A DNA stretch of 64,000 bases, from positions 38,593 to 102,592 of the forward strand of contig CAKOKU010000003.1 in the NCBI GenBank assembly GCA_934095865.1, in the 5' to 3' direction. Both the position numbers and the translations under genes were made by a program. The stretch is from an uncultured Bacilli bacterium (GTDB lineage Bacteria > Bacillota_I > Bacilli_A > RF39 > UBA660). Below, piece by piece: positions 27,558-34,981 of the stretch; the stretch's first letter is position 1, and every line of letters begins with the position of its first letter. Under the pieces are notes generated by a model. It did no database searches. It saw only the letters and a list, made by a program, of their open reading frames with translations, and had not been told where the DNA came from.

Positions 27558-29255
27558 ATGGAAGATCTTAATTTATCATTCGACGATATAGAGTTTTATA
27601 AAGGTACAAGTTTTTATGTTGCGGGTACTTGGAACAACACAACAAAGTATCATAATAACTCTAGCAGAATCGATGTAGTATCTCATAATGGTAATTCTTA
27701 CACGGCTTTAAAGGATAATACAAATATAGAGCCCGGAACAGATGACACAGTATGGCAATTGATGGCAAAAGCTGGTGATGCTGGAACGATTGAGGTTGGG
27801 ACAGTAGAAACAGTTGCAGCAGGTCAAAAAGCCACAGTAACAAACGTAGGAACGGCTCATAAAGCAAGATTAAACTTCAAAATACCAAAGGGCGAAGATG
27901 GCTCAACAGAAATTACTAATATCGACGAATTAGAAAATTATGTATATTATGGTGTAAGACGTAGAGTCAATCAAAATAGTTCAAGTGCCTGGGAAAGAAC
28001 AGGAAGTGGAATTGGTAAAATAGCAAATGCTACTAAAAATGGCGATGCAGTAGTTAATGACTTTGATAATATTTATCCATGGTCAGATATAATTACTTGT
28101 AATGTAGATCCAAGCACAAATGAGGTCAAAGCATTTATTGGTGATCCAACCTTTGATTTTACAGGTAATAATGGCGAGGTAATGACACGAATTCCAGAGT
28201 TTTATTGGAAACGTTATGTAAAAGATGGATACGAATATATCAACATTTCAAGACACCATTTAGCAGATTATATTAAAAGTCCAGAATTCTTTGTTGGAAG
28301 ATATGATGCAAGTTATGATGGAACATCGTTACATAGTGTTACTGGTCAAGTTCCAGAGGTACTAAGAAATATTGCAGCATTTAGATCTTTGGCAAAAGCA
28401 AAAGGTGATAAATGGTGTCAAATGGATTATCATTATTTCTTATTGCAAATGCTATATTTAGTAGAATATGCTGATTATAACTCACAAAGTAAACTTGGTA
28501 ATGGTATTGTAGGATGTAGAGTTAGTGATGCTGATAAGGCATTAGTTGCAGAGAACAATACAAATAGAATTATTATTAATACAAGTGCTGCTAATAGTTT
28601 TATTGTAGGTCAGCAAGTGAGCATAGGTACAAGTTCAGCATGGAATTGGAGTGTAGCAAAAAATAGAACAATTTTAAGCAAAGAGGCTTACAATAGTGGT
28701 GGAATAACAGGTACCGCAATAACCTTTGATGGAGATCCAGTAAATATTGCTTTAAATAACGTTTTATGGACGACAGGACAAAAATCAGGGCAATGTGATA
28801 GTTTAGGAATGAAATCAGGATGCTTGAATAATGATAGTAAACATGCTATAATATATCGTGGAATCGAGAATATATTCGGTAATATATGGCAATTTGTTGA
28901 TGGTATTAATATAAAAGAAAATCAGTCTTATGTATGTACTAATCCAAGTGAATATGTATCTGATACTTTTGCAGCTCCATATAAGGAGTTAGGATATGCA
29001 AATTCAAACACAAATGGGTATGCGATGTCACTTGGATATGATAAAGAAAATCCTTTATTTGCATTAACAACAGAAGTTGGAGGTGCAAGTTCTACTTATA
29101 TGACTGATTATTATTATCAAAATACTGGGAATAGAATTGCTTTGGTCGGCGGCAATTATGATAATGATGCTACTGGTGCCGGCTTGTGGTCTTGGAATAT
29201 GAACAATACATCTAGTAATACGAATTACAACATCGGGGCTCGTCTACTTATATGA
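27558..29255 (+). CDS. tail fibre / receptor-binding protein with C-type-lectin (FGE-sulfatase-like) C-terminal domain; putative DGR target
   Basis: 'IYRGIENIFGNIWQFVDG' plus terminal 'NRIALVGGNYDNDATGAGLWSWNMNNTSSNTNYNIGARLLI' match the CLec fold used by DGR variable proteins. An RT gene lies 156 nt downstream. Confidence 0.75.
   Translation: MEDLNLSFDDIEFYKGTSFYVAGTWNNTTKYHNNSSRIDVVSHNGNSYTALKDNTNIEPGTDDTVWQLMAKAGDAGTIEVGTVETVAAGQKATVTNVGTAHKARLNFKIPKGEDGSTEITNIDELENYVYYGVRRRVNQNSSSAWERTGSGIGKIANATKNGDAVVNDFDNIYPWSDIITCNVDPSTNEVKAFIGDPTFDFTGNNGEVMTRIPEFYWKRYVKDGYEYINISRHHLADYIKSPEFFVGRYDASYDGTSLHSVTGQVPEVLRNIAAFRSLAKAKGDKWCQMDYHYFLLQMLYLVEYADYNSQSKLGNGIVGCRVSDADKALVAENNTNRIIINTSAANSFIVGQQVSIGTSSAWNWSVAKNRTILSKEAYNSGGITGTAITFDGDPVNIALNNVLWTTGQKSGQCDSLGMKSGCLNNDSKHAIIYRGIENIFGNIWQFVDGINIKENQSYVCTNPSEYVSDTFAAPYKELGYANSNTNGYAMSLGYDKENPLFALTTEVGGASSTYMTDYYYQNTGNRIALVGGNYDNDATGAGLWSWNMNNTSSNTNYNIGARLLI
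29079..29252 (+). other. variable-region-like segment (last 58 codons of fibre gene)
   Basis: 19 of 58 codons are NAY (10 Asn, 6 Tyr, 3 Asp), plus many ACN/AGY codons. This is the composition expected of AAY codons diversified at adenines. Confidence 0.55.
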
Positions 29256-29411
29256 AAAAATAAATTTTATTACATGTCATCTTCCTTACCACTTGGTAAA
29301 AATTAGTCGTTCTGGGCTGGGCTAGTAGGTTTATCTCTTGAATATAGAATTTCTCGAAAACTCGGCAGACAAATATAAGAATTCCAGAAATATCAGAGGA
29401 AAAGATCAAAA

Positions 29412-30470
29412 ATGAAAAGAGTAGGTAATATTTACGAAAAAATAATTCAATTAGGAAATATTGAATCAGCAGTAATGCATGCCGCAAAGGGTAAATCAAA
29501 AAGAAAAAACGTAGAGAAAATATTAGATTCCCCAACTTATTATGCTATGCAAGTTCAAAAGATGCTAAAAGAACACACTTATATTCCATCGCCTTATGTT
29601 GAAATGAAAATACTGGACGGAGCAAGAAAAAAGGAAAGGATTATATATAAGCCTCAATTCTATCCTGATCAAGTAGTACATTGGGCTTTGATGCTTCAAC
29701 TGGAGCCAATACTTATGAAAGGAATGTATGAATTCTGTTGTGCATCAGTTAAAAATAGGGGAATATTGTATGGTAAAAGGCATCTTGATAAGATCCTGGT
29801 AGATGATCGTAAATATACCAAATATTGCTTGAAACTTGATGTAAAAAAGTTTTATCCATCAATTGATAAGACTATATTAAAACAAAAGTTTAGAAAAAAA
29901 ATAAAAGATCGAGAAACATTATGGCTTATTGATTTAATAATTGATAGTTCTGATGAGGGTGTTCCGATTGGAAATTATACATCACAATGGTTTGCTAACT
30001 TTTATTTGAGTGATTTGGATCATTTTATTAAAGAAGAATTAAAAGTTAAATACTATGTTCGTTATATGGACGATATGGTGCTATTTTCTAATAATAAAAA
30101 GCAATTGCATAAAATAAAATTATCAATCGATGATTTTCTAGCAAAAGAACATTTAAGAATTAAAGAAAACTGGCAATTATTTAAAACAGATAGTCGTCCG
30201 TTAGACTTTTTAGGATATAGATTTTATCGAGGGTATTCTACTTTAAGAAAAAGTAACTTTTTACGAATCAAAAGGCGAGCAAAGAAAATATCGAAAAAGA
30301 AAGAACTTAATTTTCATGATGCGGCATCAATGTTATCCTATTCTGGATGGTTGAAACATTGTAATTCATACAATTATCAGCAAAAATACATTAAGCCGTA
30401 TATCAATTACAATAAATGTAAGGAGGTCGTTAGTAATGAAAGTAAGAAGCGACAGGCTTCCTCAAAATGA
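29412..30470 (+). CDS. reverse transcriptase, diversity-generating-retroelement (DGR) clade
   Basis: 'VPIGNYTSQWFANFYLSDLD' (IGxxxSQ rather than QGxxxSP), 'YVRYMDDMVLF', 'LDFLGYRF', tail 'SYSGWLKHCNSYN'. Colinear with Bordetella phage BPP-1 Brt as I recall it. Confidence 0.85.
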   Translation: MKRVGNIYEKIIQLGNIESAVMHAAKGKSKRKNVEKILDSPTYYAMQVQKMLKEHTYIPSPYVEMKILDGARKKERIIYKPQFYPDQVVHWALMLQLEPILMKGMYEFCCASVKNRGILYGKRHLDKILVDDRKYTKYCLKLDVKKFYPSIDKTILKQKFRKKIKDRETLWLIDLIIDSSDEGVPIGNYTSQWFANFYLSDLDHFIKEELKVKYYVRYMDDMVLFSNNKKQLHKIKLSIDDFLAKEHLRIKENWQLFKTDSRPLDFLGYRFYRGYSTLRKSNFLRIKRRAKKISKKKELNFHDAASMLSYSGWLKHCNSYNYQQKYIKPYINYNKCKEVVSNESKKRQASSK

Positions 30471-30945
30471 TTTTGAAATCAATAATATTCAAGGCAACGA
30501 ATGCAACGTTGTCTTTTTTGATACTAAAAATCATAAAGAGGAAAAAGATGAAAATGAAAATATATCATACGAATATGATGCATACAATATCAAAACAACT
30601 TATAGGAGCACGTTAGGAGCAGATATAAGCAAAAATTACGAAAAATGGTACAATTATGCTATCCAGTATGAAAAAGATGTTCTAGCAACAGAAATAAGGG
30701 CGAAAAGAAACGAATTATTGAATGAAAGCGACAAAGAATTGGCTATTGACAGATTTTCATTTGAATTTCCCGAAGAAATAACAATGTTAAACATCTTACA
30801 AGTAATCAAAAGTTTTTTCTCTGTTTTATCAAGTATAACTAATGGTAAATGGGCTAAATATCGTCAGCAATTAAGAGATATTACTAAACAGGAGGAATTT
30901 CCATATAATGTCGAGTTCCCTAAAAAGCCCACAGATAATGAATAA
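30436..30945 (+). CDS. tail-fibre assembly/chaperone-like protein (XkdW/Tfa-like)
   Basis: 'IRAKRNELLNESDKELAIDRF' resembles the R..R..LL..SD motif of fibre assembly proteins. Start overlaps the RT 3' end by 35 nt. Confidence 0.45.
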   Translation: MKVRSDRLPQNDFEINNIQGNECNVVFFDTKNHKEEKDENENISYEYDAYNIKTTYRSTLGADISKNYEKWYNYAIQYEKDVLATEIRAKRNELLNESDKELAIDRFSFEFPEEITMLNILQVIKSFFSVLSSITNGKWAKYRQQLRDITKQEEFPYNVEFPKKPTDNE

Positions 30946-31292
30946 TGGATACCATTATTGTAACGGCTATTACGACTGTTGGAGTTGTAATAACAACTCT
31001 TATTCAAAGTTCTAATGCACGAAAAAAGGATAATATAGAGGCGAAATTAGATAATATCAGAAAACAATTTAATGACAAAATAGATTCATTGAAAGAAAAC
31101 TTAAATCAAGAAACACTAGCAAGATGTAAAGCAGATTTAGTTTCATTAATGTCAAAAATTAAAAATGGTTATACCCCAACAGTAGAAGAAAAATTAATAT
31201 TACATGAATCAAAGAAAAAGTATAACGATCTAGGTGGAGATAGTTATGTTGATGAAATGTTTGATAATTTAGTGAAAGAAGGTAAGATATAA
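30945..31292 (+). CDS. membrane-anchored protein of the lysis module
   Basis: N-terminal TM 'IIVTAITTVGVVITTLI' followed by a coiled coil. Confidence 0.4.
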   Translation: MDTIIVTAITTVGVVITTLIQSSNARKKDNIEAKLDNIRKQFNDKIDSLKENLNQETLARCKADLVSLMSKIKNGYTPTVEEKLILHESKKKYNDLGGDSYVDEMFDNLVKEGKI

Positions 31293-31609
31293 TGGATACT
31301 TTTCTAACCTGGGAAGTTCTACTAACATTTAGTGGGTTAGTAGGAGCAGTCTACATGGTCGTTGAATTCACAAAAGAAATAAAGTTTATAAATAAAATTC
31401 CAACTAAATATTGGAGTTTTTTTATTGCAGCATTTCTAATAATGATGACGAATGTAGTTACAGAATCATTTAATTATAAAGATATAGTTCTTTATCTTTT
31501 AAATTCAATAGTAGTTAGTTTGAGTTCTAACGGCTTAAATGACTTTAACAAGGGCAAATCAAAAGAAACATCAGAAAAACATGAGAATGATATAAAAGAG
31601 GGCGAATAA
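31292..31609 (+). CDS. holin
   Basis: 105 aa, three hydrophobic segments, charged C-terminus, immediately upstream of the endolysin. Confidence 0.65.
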   Translation: MDTFLTWEVLLTFSGLVGAVYMVVEFTKEIKFINKIPTKYWSFFIAAFLIMMTNVVTESFNYKDIVLYLLNSIVVSLSSNGLNDFNKGKSKETSEKHENDIKEGE

Positions 31610-31641
31610 GCCCTTTTTTGTATAGATTGGAGGTTTTATCT

Positions 31642-32775
31642 ATGGAAGATGAAAAAAATGTTGAAATCGTAGAAGAAAATACAGAATTAGAAATCCAAAC
31701 TACATTTAATGAGGATGGATTAGATGTATTAGTCGAAGACGGTACAATAGAAAATGAAAATGCAGAGGAGCCAGAAGGTATTGGAGCCGGCGAAAACTTT
31801 TCAATGAGAACAAGTAAGCCAGGTGCAGGTAATAAGTTCTTTATTACACGAAGCAGAGGCGGATATTCTACATGTATTCAGGGAAGCCCAACAGATAGTA
31901 AATGTAATGTACTTGCTAACTGTGTAGGATATGCTTGCGGACGTTTCAATGAAATAATTGGAGCAATGAAATATCCATCATTAAATTGTAATGCAGAAAA
32001 CTTTATTGAAAGAGCAAGAAATACCTATGGATTAGAAATATCACCAGTTCCTACATTAGGTGGTATTATGGTATGGCAAAAAGGATCTACATTATCAGGT
32101 GGTGATGGTGCAGGACATGTTGCTATCGTTGAAAAGATTATTGATAGTAATACTATTTATACAAGTGAATCAGGTTATGGATCAAGTGCTTTCTGGAATA
32201 GTACAAGAAGCAATAGTAATGGTAGATGGGGATTAGGTAGTGGTTATACATTTAGAGGATGTATTGTTAATCCCACTATTGGTAAAGTAACCGCTCCAAC
32301 ATCTAATAGTGCGAATCCATTTCCAGGTGTATCTGATGAGGAACTAGCAAGACGTGTTTGGTCCGGTGAATTTGGAAACGGCACAACTAGACAAGAGAGA
32401 TTAGGATCAAGATATGCAGCAGTTCAAGCACTTGTTAATAGAGGTGTAGGAAAGCCAGGAACAACAAGTAATGTACCTTATGCAGGTGTATCTGACGAGG
32501 AATTAGCACGTCGTGTTTGGCGAGGCGAATTTGGAAATGGAGCAACTAGAAGACAAAAACTAGGATCAAGATATGCAGCAGTTCAAGCACTTGTTAATAG
32601 AGGTGTAGGAAAGCCAGGAACAACAAGTAATGTACCTTATGCAGGTGTATCTGACGAGGAATTAGCACGTCGTGTTTGGCGAGGCGAATTTGGAAATGGA
32701 GCAACTAGAAGACAAAAACTAGGATCAAGATATGCAGCAGTTCAAGCACTTGTTAATAGAGGTGTAGGTAGATAA
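31642..32775 (+). CDS. endolysin: CHAP peptidase/amidase + three CW_7 (Cpl-7-type) cell-wall-binding repeats
   Basis: CHAP Cys 'NCVGYACGRF' and His 'GAGHVAIVE'. Three copies of 'VSDEELARRVW.GEFGNG.TR...LGSRYAAVQALVNRGVG'. ATG 31642 after GGAGG. Confidence 0.85.
   Translation: MEDEKNVEIVEENTELEIQTTFNEDGLDVLVEDGTIENENAEEPEGIGAGENFSMRTSKPGAGNKFFITRSRGGYSTCIQGSPTDSKCNVLANCVGYACGRFNEIIGAMKYPSLNCNAENFIERARNTYGLEISPVPTLGGIMVWQKGSTLSGGDGAGHVAIVEKIIDSNTIYTSESGYGSSAFWNSTRSNSNGRWGLGSGYTFRGCIVNPTIGKVTAPTSNSANPFPGVSDEELARRVWSGEFGNGTTRQERLGSRYAAVQALVNRGVGKPGTTSNVPYAGVSDEELARRVWRGEFGNGATRRQKLGSRYAAVQALVNRGVGKPGTTSNVPYAGVSDEELARRVWRGEFGNGATRRQKLGSRYAAVQALVNRGVGR
32404..32768 (+). repeat. 159-bp perfect tandem repeat (~2.3 copies) encoding CW_7 modules
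   Basis: 32404-32562 and 32563-32721 read identical. A partial third copy runs to 32768, and a diverged copy lies upstream (~32310-32403). Confidence 0.9.
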
Positions 32776-32781
32776 GAAAAA

Positions 32782-32817
32782 AGGTAATGACACAAATGTC
32801 ACTACCTCTTTTTTTTT
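32782..32817. terminator. bidirectional terminator between endolysin and the leftward moron
   Basis: AGGTAATGACA-CAAA-TGTCACTACCT (11-bp stem, one mismatch) flanked by A-run and T9. Confidence 0.7.
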
Positions 32818-32996
32818 GCCTTTAAATCCTCTATGGCATTTCTAATAAATTGAGTTTGAGTTAATCCTTCCTCGGCTAATAATTTATCAAGTTCTTCCTT
32901 TTCTTCTTTCTTTAAATTGATTTTAAGTGGTGAGTAGTGTTTCTTTTTATATTCATTAACATACTCATTTTGATTAAATTTCTTTTCTTCTTTCAT
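32802..32996 (-). CDS. ribbon-helix-helix (CopG/Arc-like) protein
   Basis: 64 aa; 'YSPLKINLKKEEKEELDKLLAEEGLTQTQFIRNAIEDL' fits a beta-strand plus two helices. RBS GGGAGGG. Confidence 0.55.
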   Translation of the reverse strand: MKEEKKFNQNEYVNEYKKKHYSPLKINLKKEEKEELDKLLAEEGLTQTQFIRNAIEDLKAKKKR

Positions 32997-33050
32997 AATC
33001 CCTCCCTATATACTACCATTGCATTATTTTTCAATTTAGTATATAATAAT

Positions 33051-33081
33051 TAGTGAGAGAGGAATTAATCCTCTTTCACTA
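33051..33081. promoter_or_regulatory. 13-bp inverted repeat (operator or internal terminator) between the two moron genes
   Basis: TAGTGAGAGAGGA-ATTAA-TCCTCTTTCACTA (one G.T pair); overlaps the stop of the 37-aa gene, 55-85 nt upstream of the RHH start. Confidence 0.4.
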
Positions 33082-33178
33082 ATAGGATATTTCCGTTTTT
33101 GTAGATTACGGCAAATCCTAATTCATAAAGTTGGTATGCTGTTTCAAGGCTCATATCAACTTTTTTAATTTGTAGCAT
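33065..33178 (-). CDS. 37-aa protein (MLQIKKVDMSLETAYQLYELGFAVIYKNGNILLVKED)
   Basis: Hand-translated. ATG 33178 lies 6 nt after AAGGAGGTGA. Below the track cutoff. Confidence 0.5.
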   Translation of the reverse strand: MLQIKKVDMSLETAYQLYELGFAVIYKNGNILLVKED

Positions 33179-33200
33179 TCTCTCACCTCCTTACATATTA

Positions 33201-33229
33201 AGTATATCACATTGGGGGGACAATGTCAA
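33201..33229 (-). promoter_or_regulatory. near-consensus sigma-A promoter with embedded dyad, driving the leftward moron
   Basis: Minus strand reads TTGACA-17 nt-TATACT with TGa extension. The spacer contains ACATTG-N6-CAATGT. Confidence 0.6.
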
Positions 33230-33264
33230 CAAAAAAGTAAAAAAATTATTTTTTTTAAATAAAA

Positions 33265-33894
33265 TTGGTAAGGACATTAATGTCCTTACCTTTTATGTAT
33301 GTGCATAAAAATAAATCACCACATGGTGATTACGATCATATGGGGAATGCTAAATTTTTAGTTGATAATATAAAAGTTAGGAATGTTTTATTTAACTGTG
33401 GTGAATTCAATGAAATCGAAAAGAATTTAAAAAAGACTTTGGAAACTAAAAATATTATGTTTGATAGTTGTGTTCAGAGATTGAATATAGGAAAAGATAA
33501 TAAGTTGCAATTTTTAAAAACTAAAGAGTATAACAATGAAAATGATAATTCAAATGTCATTTATTTTAATTATAATAATTATAAATTTTTATTTATGGGT
33601 GATGCTGGAATAGAAAGAGAAAATTATATAATGTCAATGTATAATTTAGAAAATGTTGATTTTTTAAAAGTAGGCCATCATGGTTCGAATACAAGCAGTG
33701 GGAAATCATTCATTGATGTTATTAATCCTAAGTATAGCATTATAAGTGTCGGAAAAAATAATCGCTATGGTCATCCTAAATCAACAGTATTAGATAATTT
33801 GAGCGACAGTATAATTTATAGGACAGACGAAGTTGGGAGTATAGAAGTAATAATAAATAAAACAACCATTAATATTCATACATATGCTCCTTAA
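33265..33894 (+). pseudogene. comEC: comEC 3' fragment (metallo-beta-lactamase domain only)
   Basis: 'SPHGDYDHMGN', 'FMGDAG', 'LKVGHHGSNTSS', 'NRYGHPKSTVL', 'IYRTDEVGSIEV' are ComEC/Rec2 C-terminal motifs. Only ~200 aa remain; the first codons of the track ORF are the hairpin. Confidence 0.8.
33267..33294. terminator. perfect 24-nt palindrome + T4 at the prophage/comEC junction
   Basis: GGTAAGGACATT/AATGTCCTTACC (12+12, perfect) followed by TTTT and preceded by AAAATT. Confidence 0.6.
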
Positions 33895-33985
33895 AAAAAC
33901 TAGAAGTTATCTTTTAGGTAAAATTATATAGAATAAAAAGTTGTTCAAGATTTAATTTTGTGTTATATTTTTCTTGGTGGTAAAT

Positions 33986-34906
33986 ATGAATTACTTAGTA
34001 GCAGGAACATCCAGATATTTAGTAGAGAAAGAAATTAAAAGAATTCTAGGCACTGGGGCATATACTAAAATTGATTATAACGAAATTACAATGGAAGAAA
34101 TTGTAACTGAAGCTTCATATAACGATTTATTTGGAGATAAGAAGAATATTATAGTTAAGAATGCTAATATTTTTAATGAAAAAGATGAGAAATCTACTAA
34201 GATTTTAGAAAAATATTTACAAAATTCTAATGAAAATACTACTTTGATCTTTGTCTGTGATAAGGTTAACGAGAGATTAAAAAGTGTTACTTTATTTAAA
34301 GATTATGGTCATGTTATAATCATGAAGATTATGTATGCTAATGAAGCAACAACAAGACTAATGGAAGAAGTAAAAGGTTCTGGGTATACAATAAGTTATG
34401 AGGATGCAAAATATATATTAGATTGTTCATTAAATAATTTTGATATTGCTATGCAGAATGTAGAAAAGCTTTTTATTTATTATGGTAAGCCTTGTAAAAT
34501 AGAGACTAGTGATGTTCGTAATTTGACTTCTTCGTCTTTAGAAGATAATCAATTTAAATTTGTCGATGCTGTAATAGGTCGTAATTATGCTTTAGCATTT
34601 AAGATGATTAATGATTTTAAAGTTCAAAAACTAGAGCCTTTTGTTCTTTTTAATATGTTAGTGCGTGAATTTCGAAATATGCTTTTTATAAAGAAATCTT
34701 TAACAGATTCTTCAGAAAAGAACGCTATTCTAAATAATTTAGGTCTTGCTAAATGGCAGCTTGATAAATTAGTAAGAAATTCAGCTAATTATAAAGAGAA
34801 AGAATTACAAGAAGAATTAATAAAATTAGCAAAAATAGATTTAGATATTAAATGTGGTAATATTGATAAATACTTAGCTTTAGAAATGTATTTGCTTGGT
34901 AGATAA
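33986..34906 (+). CDS. holA: DNA polymerase III delta subunit
   Basis: About 306 aa, conserved position after comEC. 'LFGDKKNIIVKNANIF', 'NQFKFVDAV' and 'LLGR' end are typical of HolA. Confidence 0.8.
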   Translation: MNYLVAGTSRYLVEKEIKRILGTGAYTKIDYNEITMEEIVTEASYNDLFGDKKNIIVKNANIFNEKDEKSTKILEKYLQNSNENTTLIFVCDKVNERLKSVTLFKDYGHVIIMKIMYANEATTRLMEEVKGSGYTISYEDAKYILDCSLNNFDIAMQNVEKLFIYYGKPCKIETSDVRNLTSSSLEDNQFKFVDAVIGRNYALAFKMINDFKVQKLEPFVLFNMLVREFRNMLFIKKSLTDSSEKNAILNNLGLAKWQLDKLVRNSANYKEKELQEELIKLAKIDLDIKCGNIDKYLALEMYLLGR

Positions 34907-34981
34907 GGACTTTTAGGGCCTTTTTTTCTTTTAGTACGTAGATAATTACGCTATAATACACTAAGAAATGAGGTAATATTT

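Larger units (their letters stand above)
1..33294 (+). mobile_element. Siphovirus-type temperate prophage (right ~33 kb; integrase/repressor end outside window) inserted in comEC
   Basis: Continuous + strand gene train in canonical phage order from Cro-like regulator through replication, packaging, head, tail and lysis. It ends at a hairpin that abuts a 5'-truncated comEC. Confidence 0.9.

Noticed and set aside
28555-28680. Internal segment of the fibre gene ('NTNRIIINTSAANSF...SSAWNWSVAKN') that echoes the C-terminal 'NTGNRIALVGGNYDND...LWSWNMNN', considered as a possible in-gene template repeat.
   Set aside because: The similarity is at the protein-motif level only. DNA identity is low and differences are not restricted to adenine positions, so it looks like a structural repeat of the fold.
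29311-29326. TCTGGGCTGGGCTAGT in the RT leader matches the last invariant part of the fibre gene (TCGGGGCTCGTCTACT, 29233-29248) at 12 of 16 positions. I considered it as an IMH*/IMH pair marking the end of a template repeat.
   Set aside because: The sequence upstream of it shows no TR-like identity to the VR-like region, and the mismatches are not adenine-specific. A 12/16 match is about what chance gives over all possible offsets between two ~160-nt segments.
29248-29535. 95-aa minus-strand ORF spanning the RT leader and RT start.
   Set aside because: It is antisense to the RT start, has a Phe/Leu/Ile-rich low-complexity translation typical of AT-rich antisense frames, and has no RBS.
29256-30470. 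Retron interpretation (RT preceded by a structured non-coding RNA).
   Set aside because: The RT has the DGR-type IGxxxSQ motif and a Brt-like C-terminus rather than retron-type QGxxxSP/VTG features. I saw no msr/msd-like long inverted repeats flanking the leader.
34907-34981. Possible terminator after holA (…GGACTTTTAGGGCCTTTTTTTC…).
   Set aside because: Only about 4 bp of complementarity could be drawn, which is too weak to call despite the T-run.
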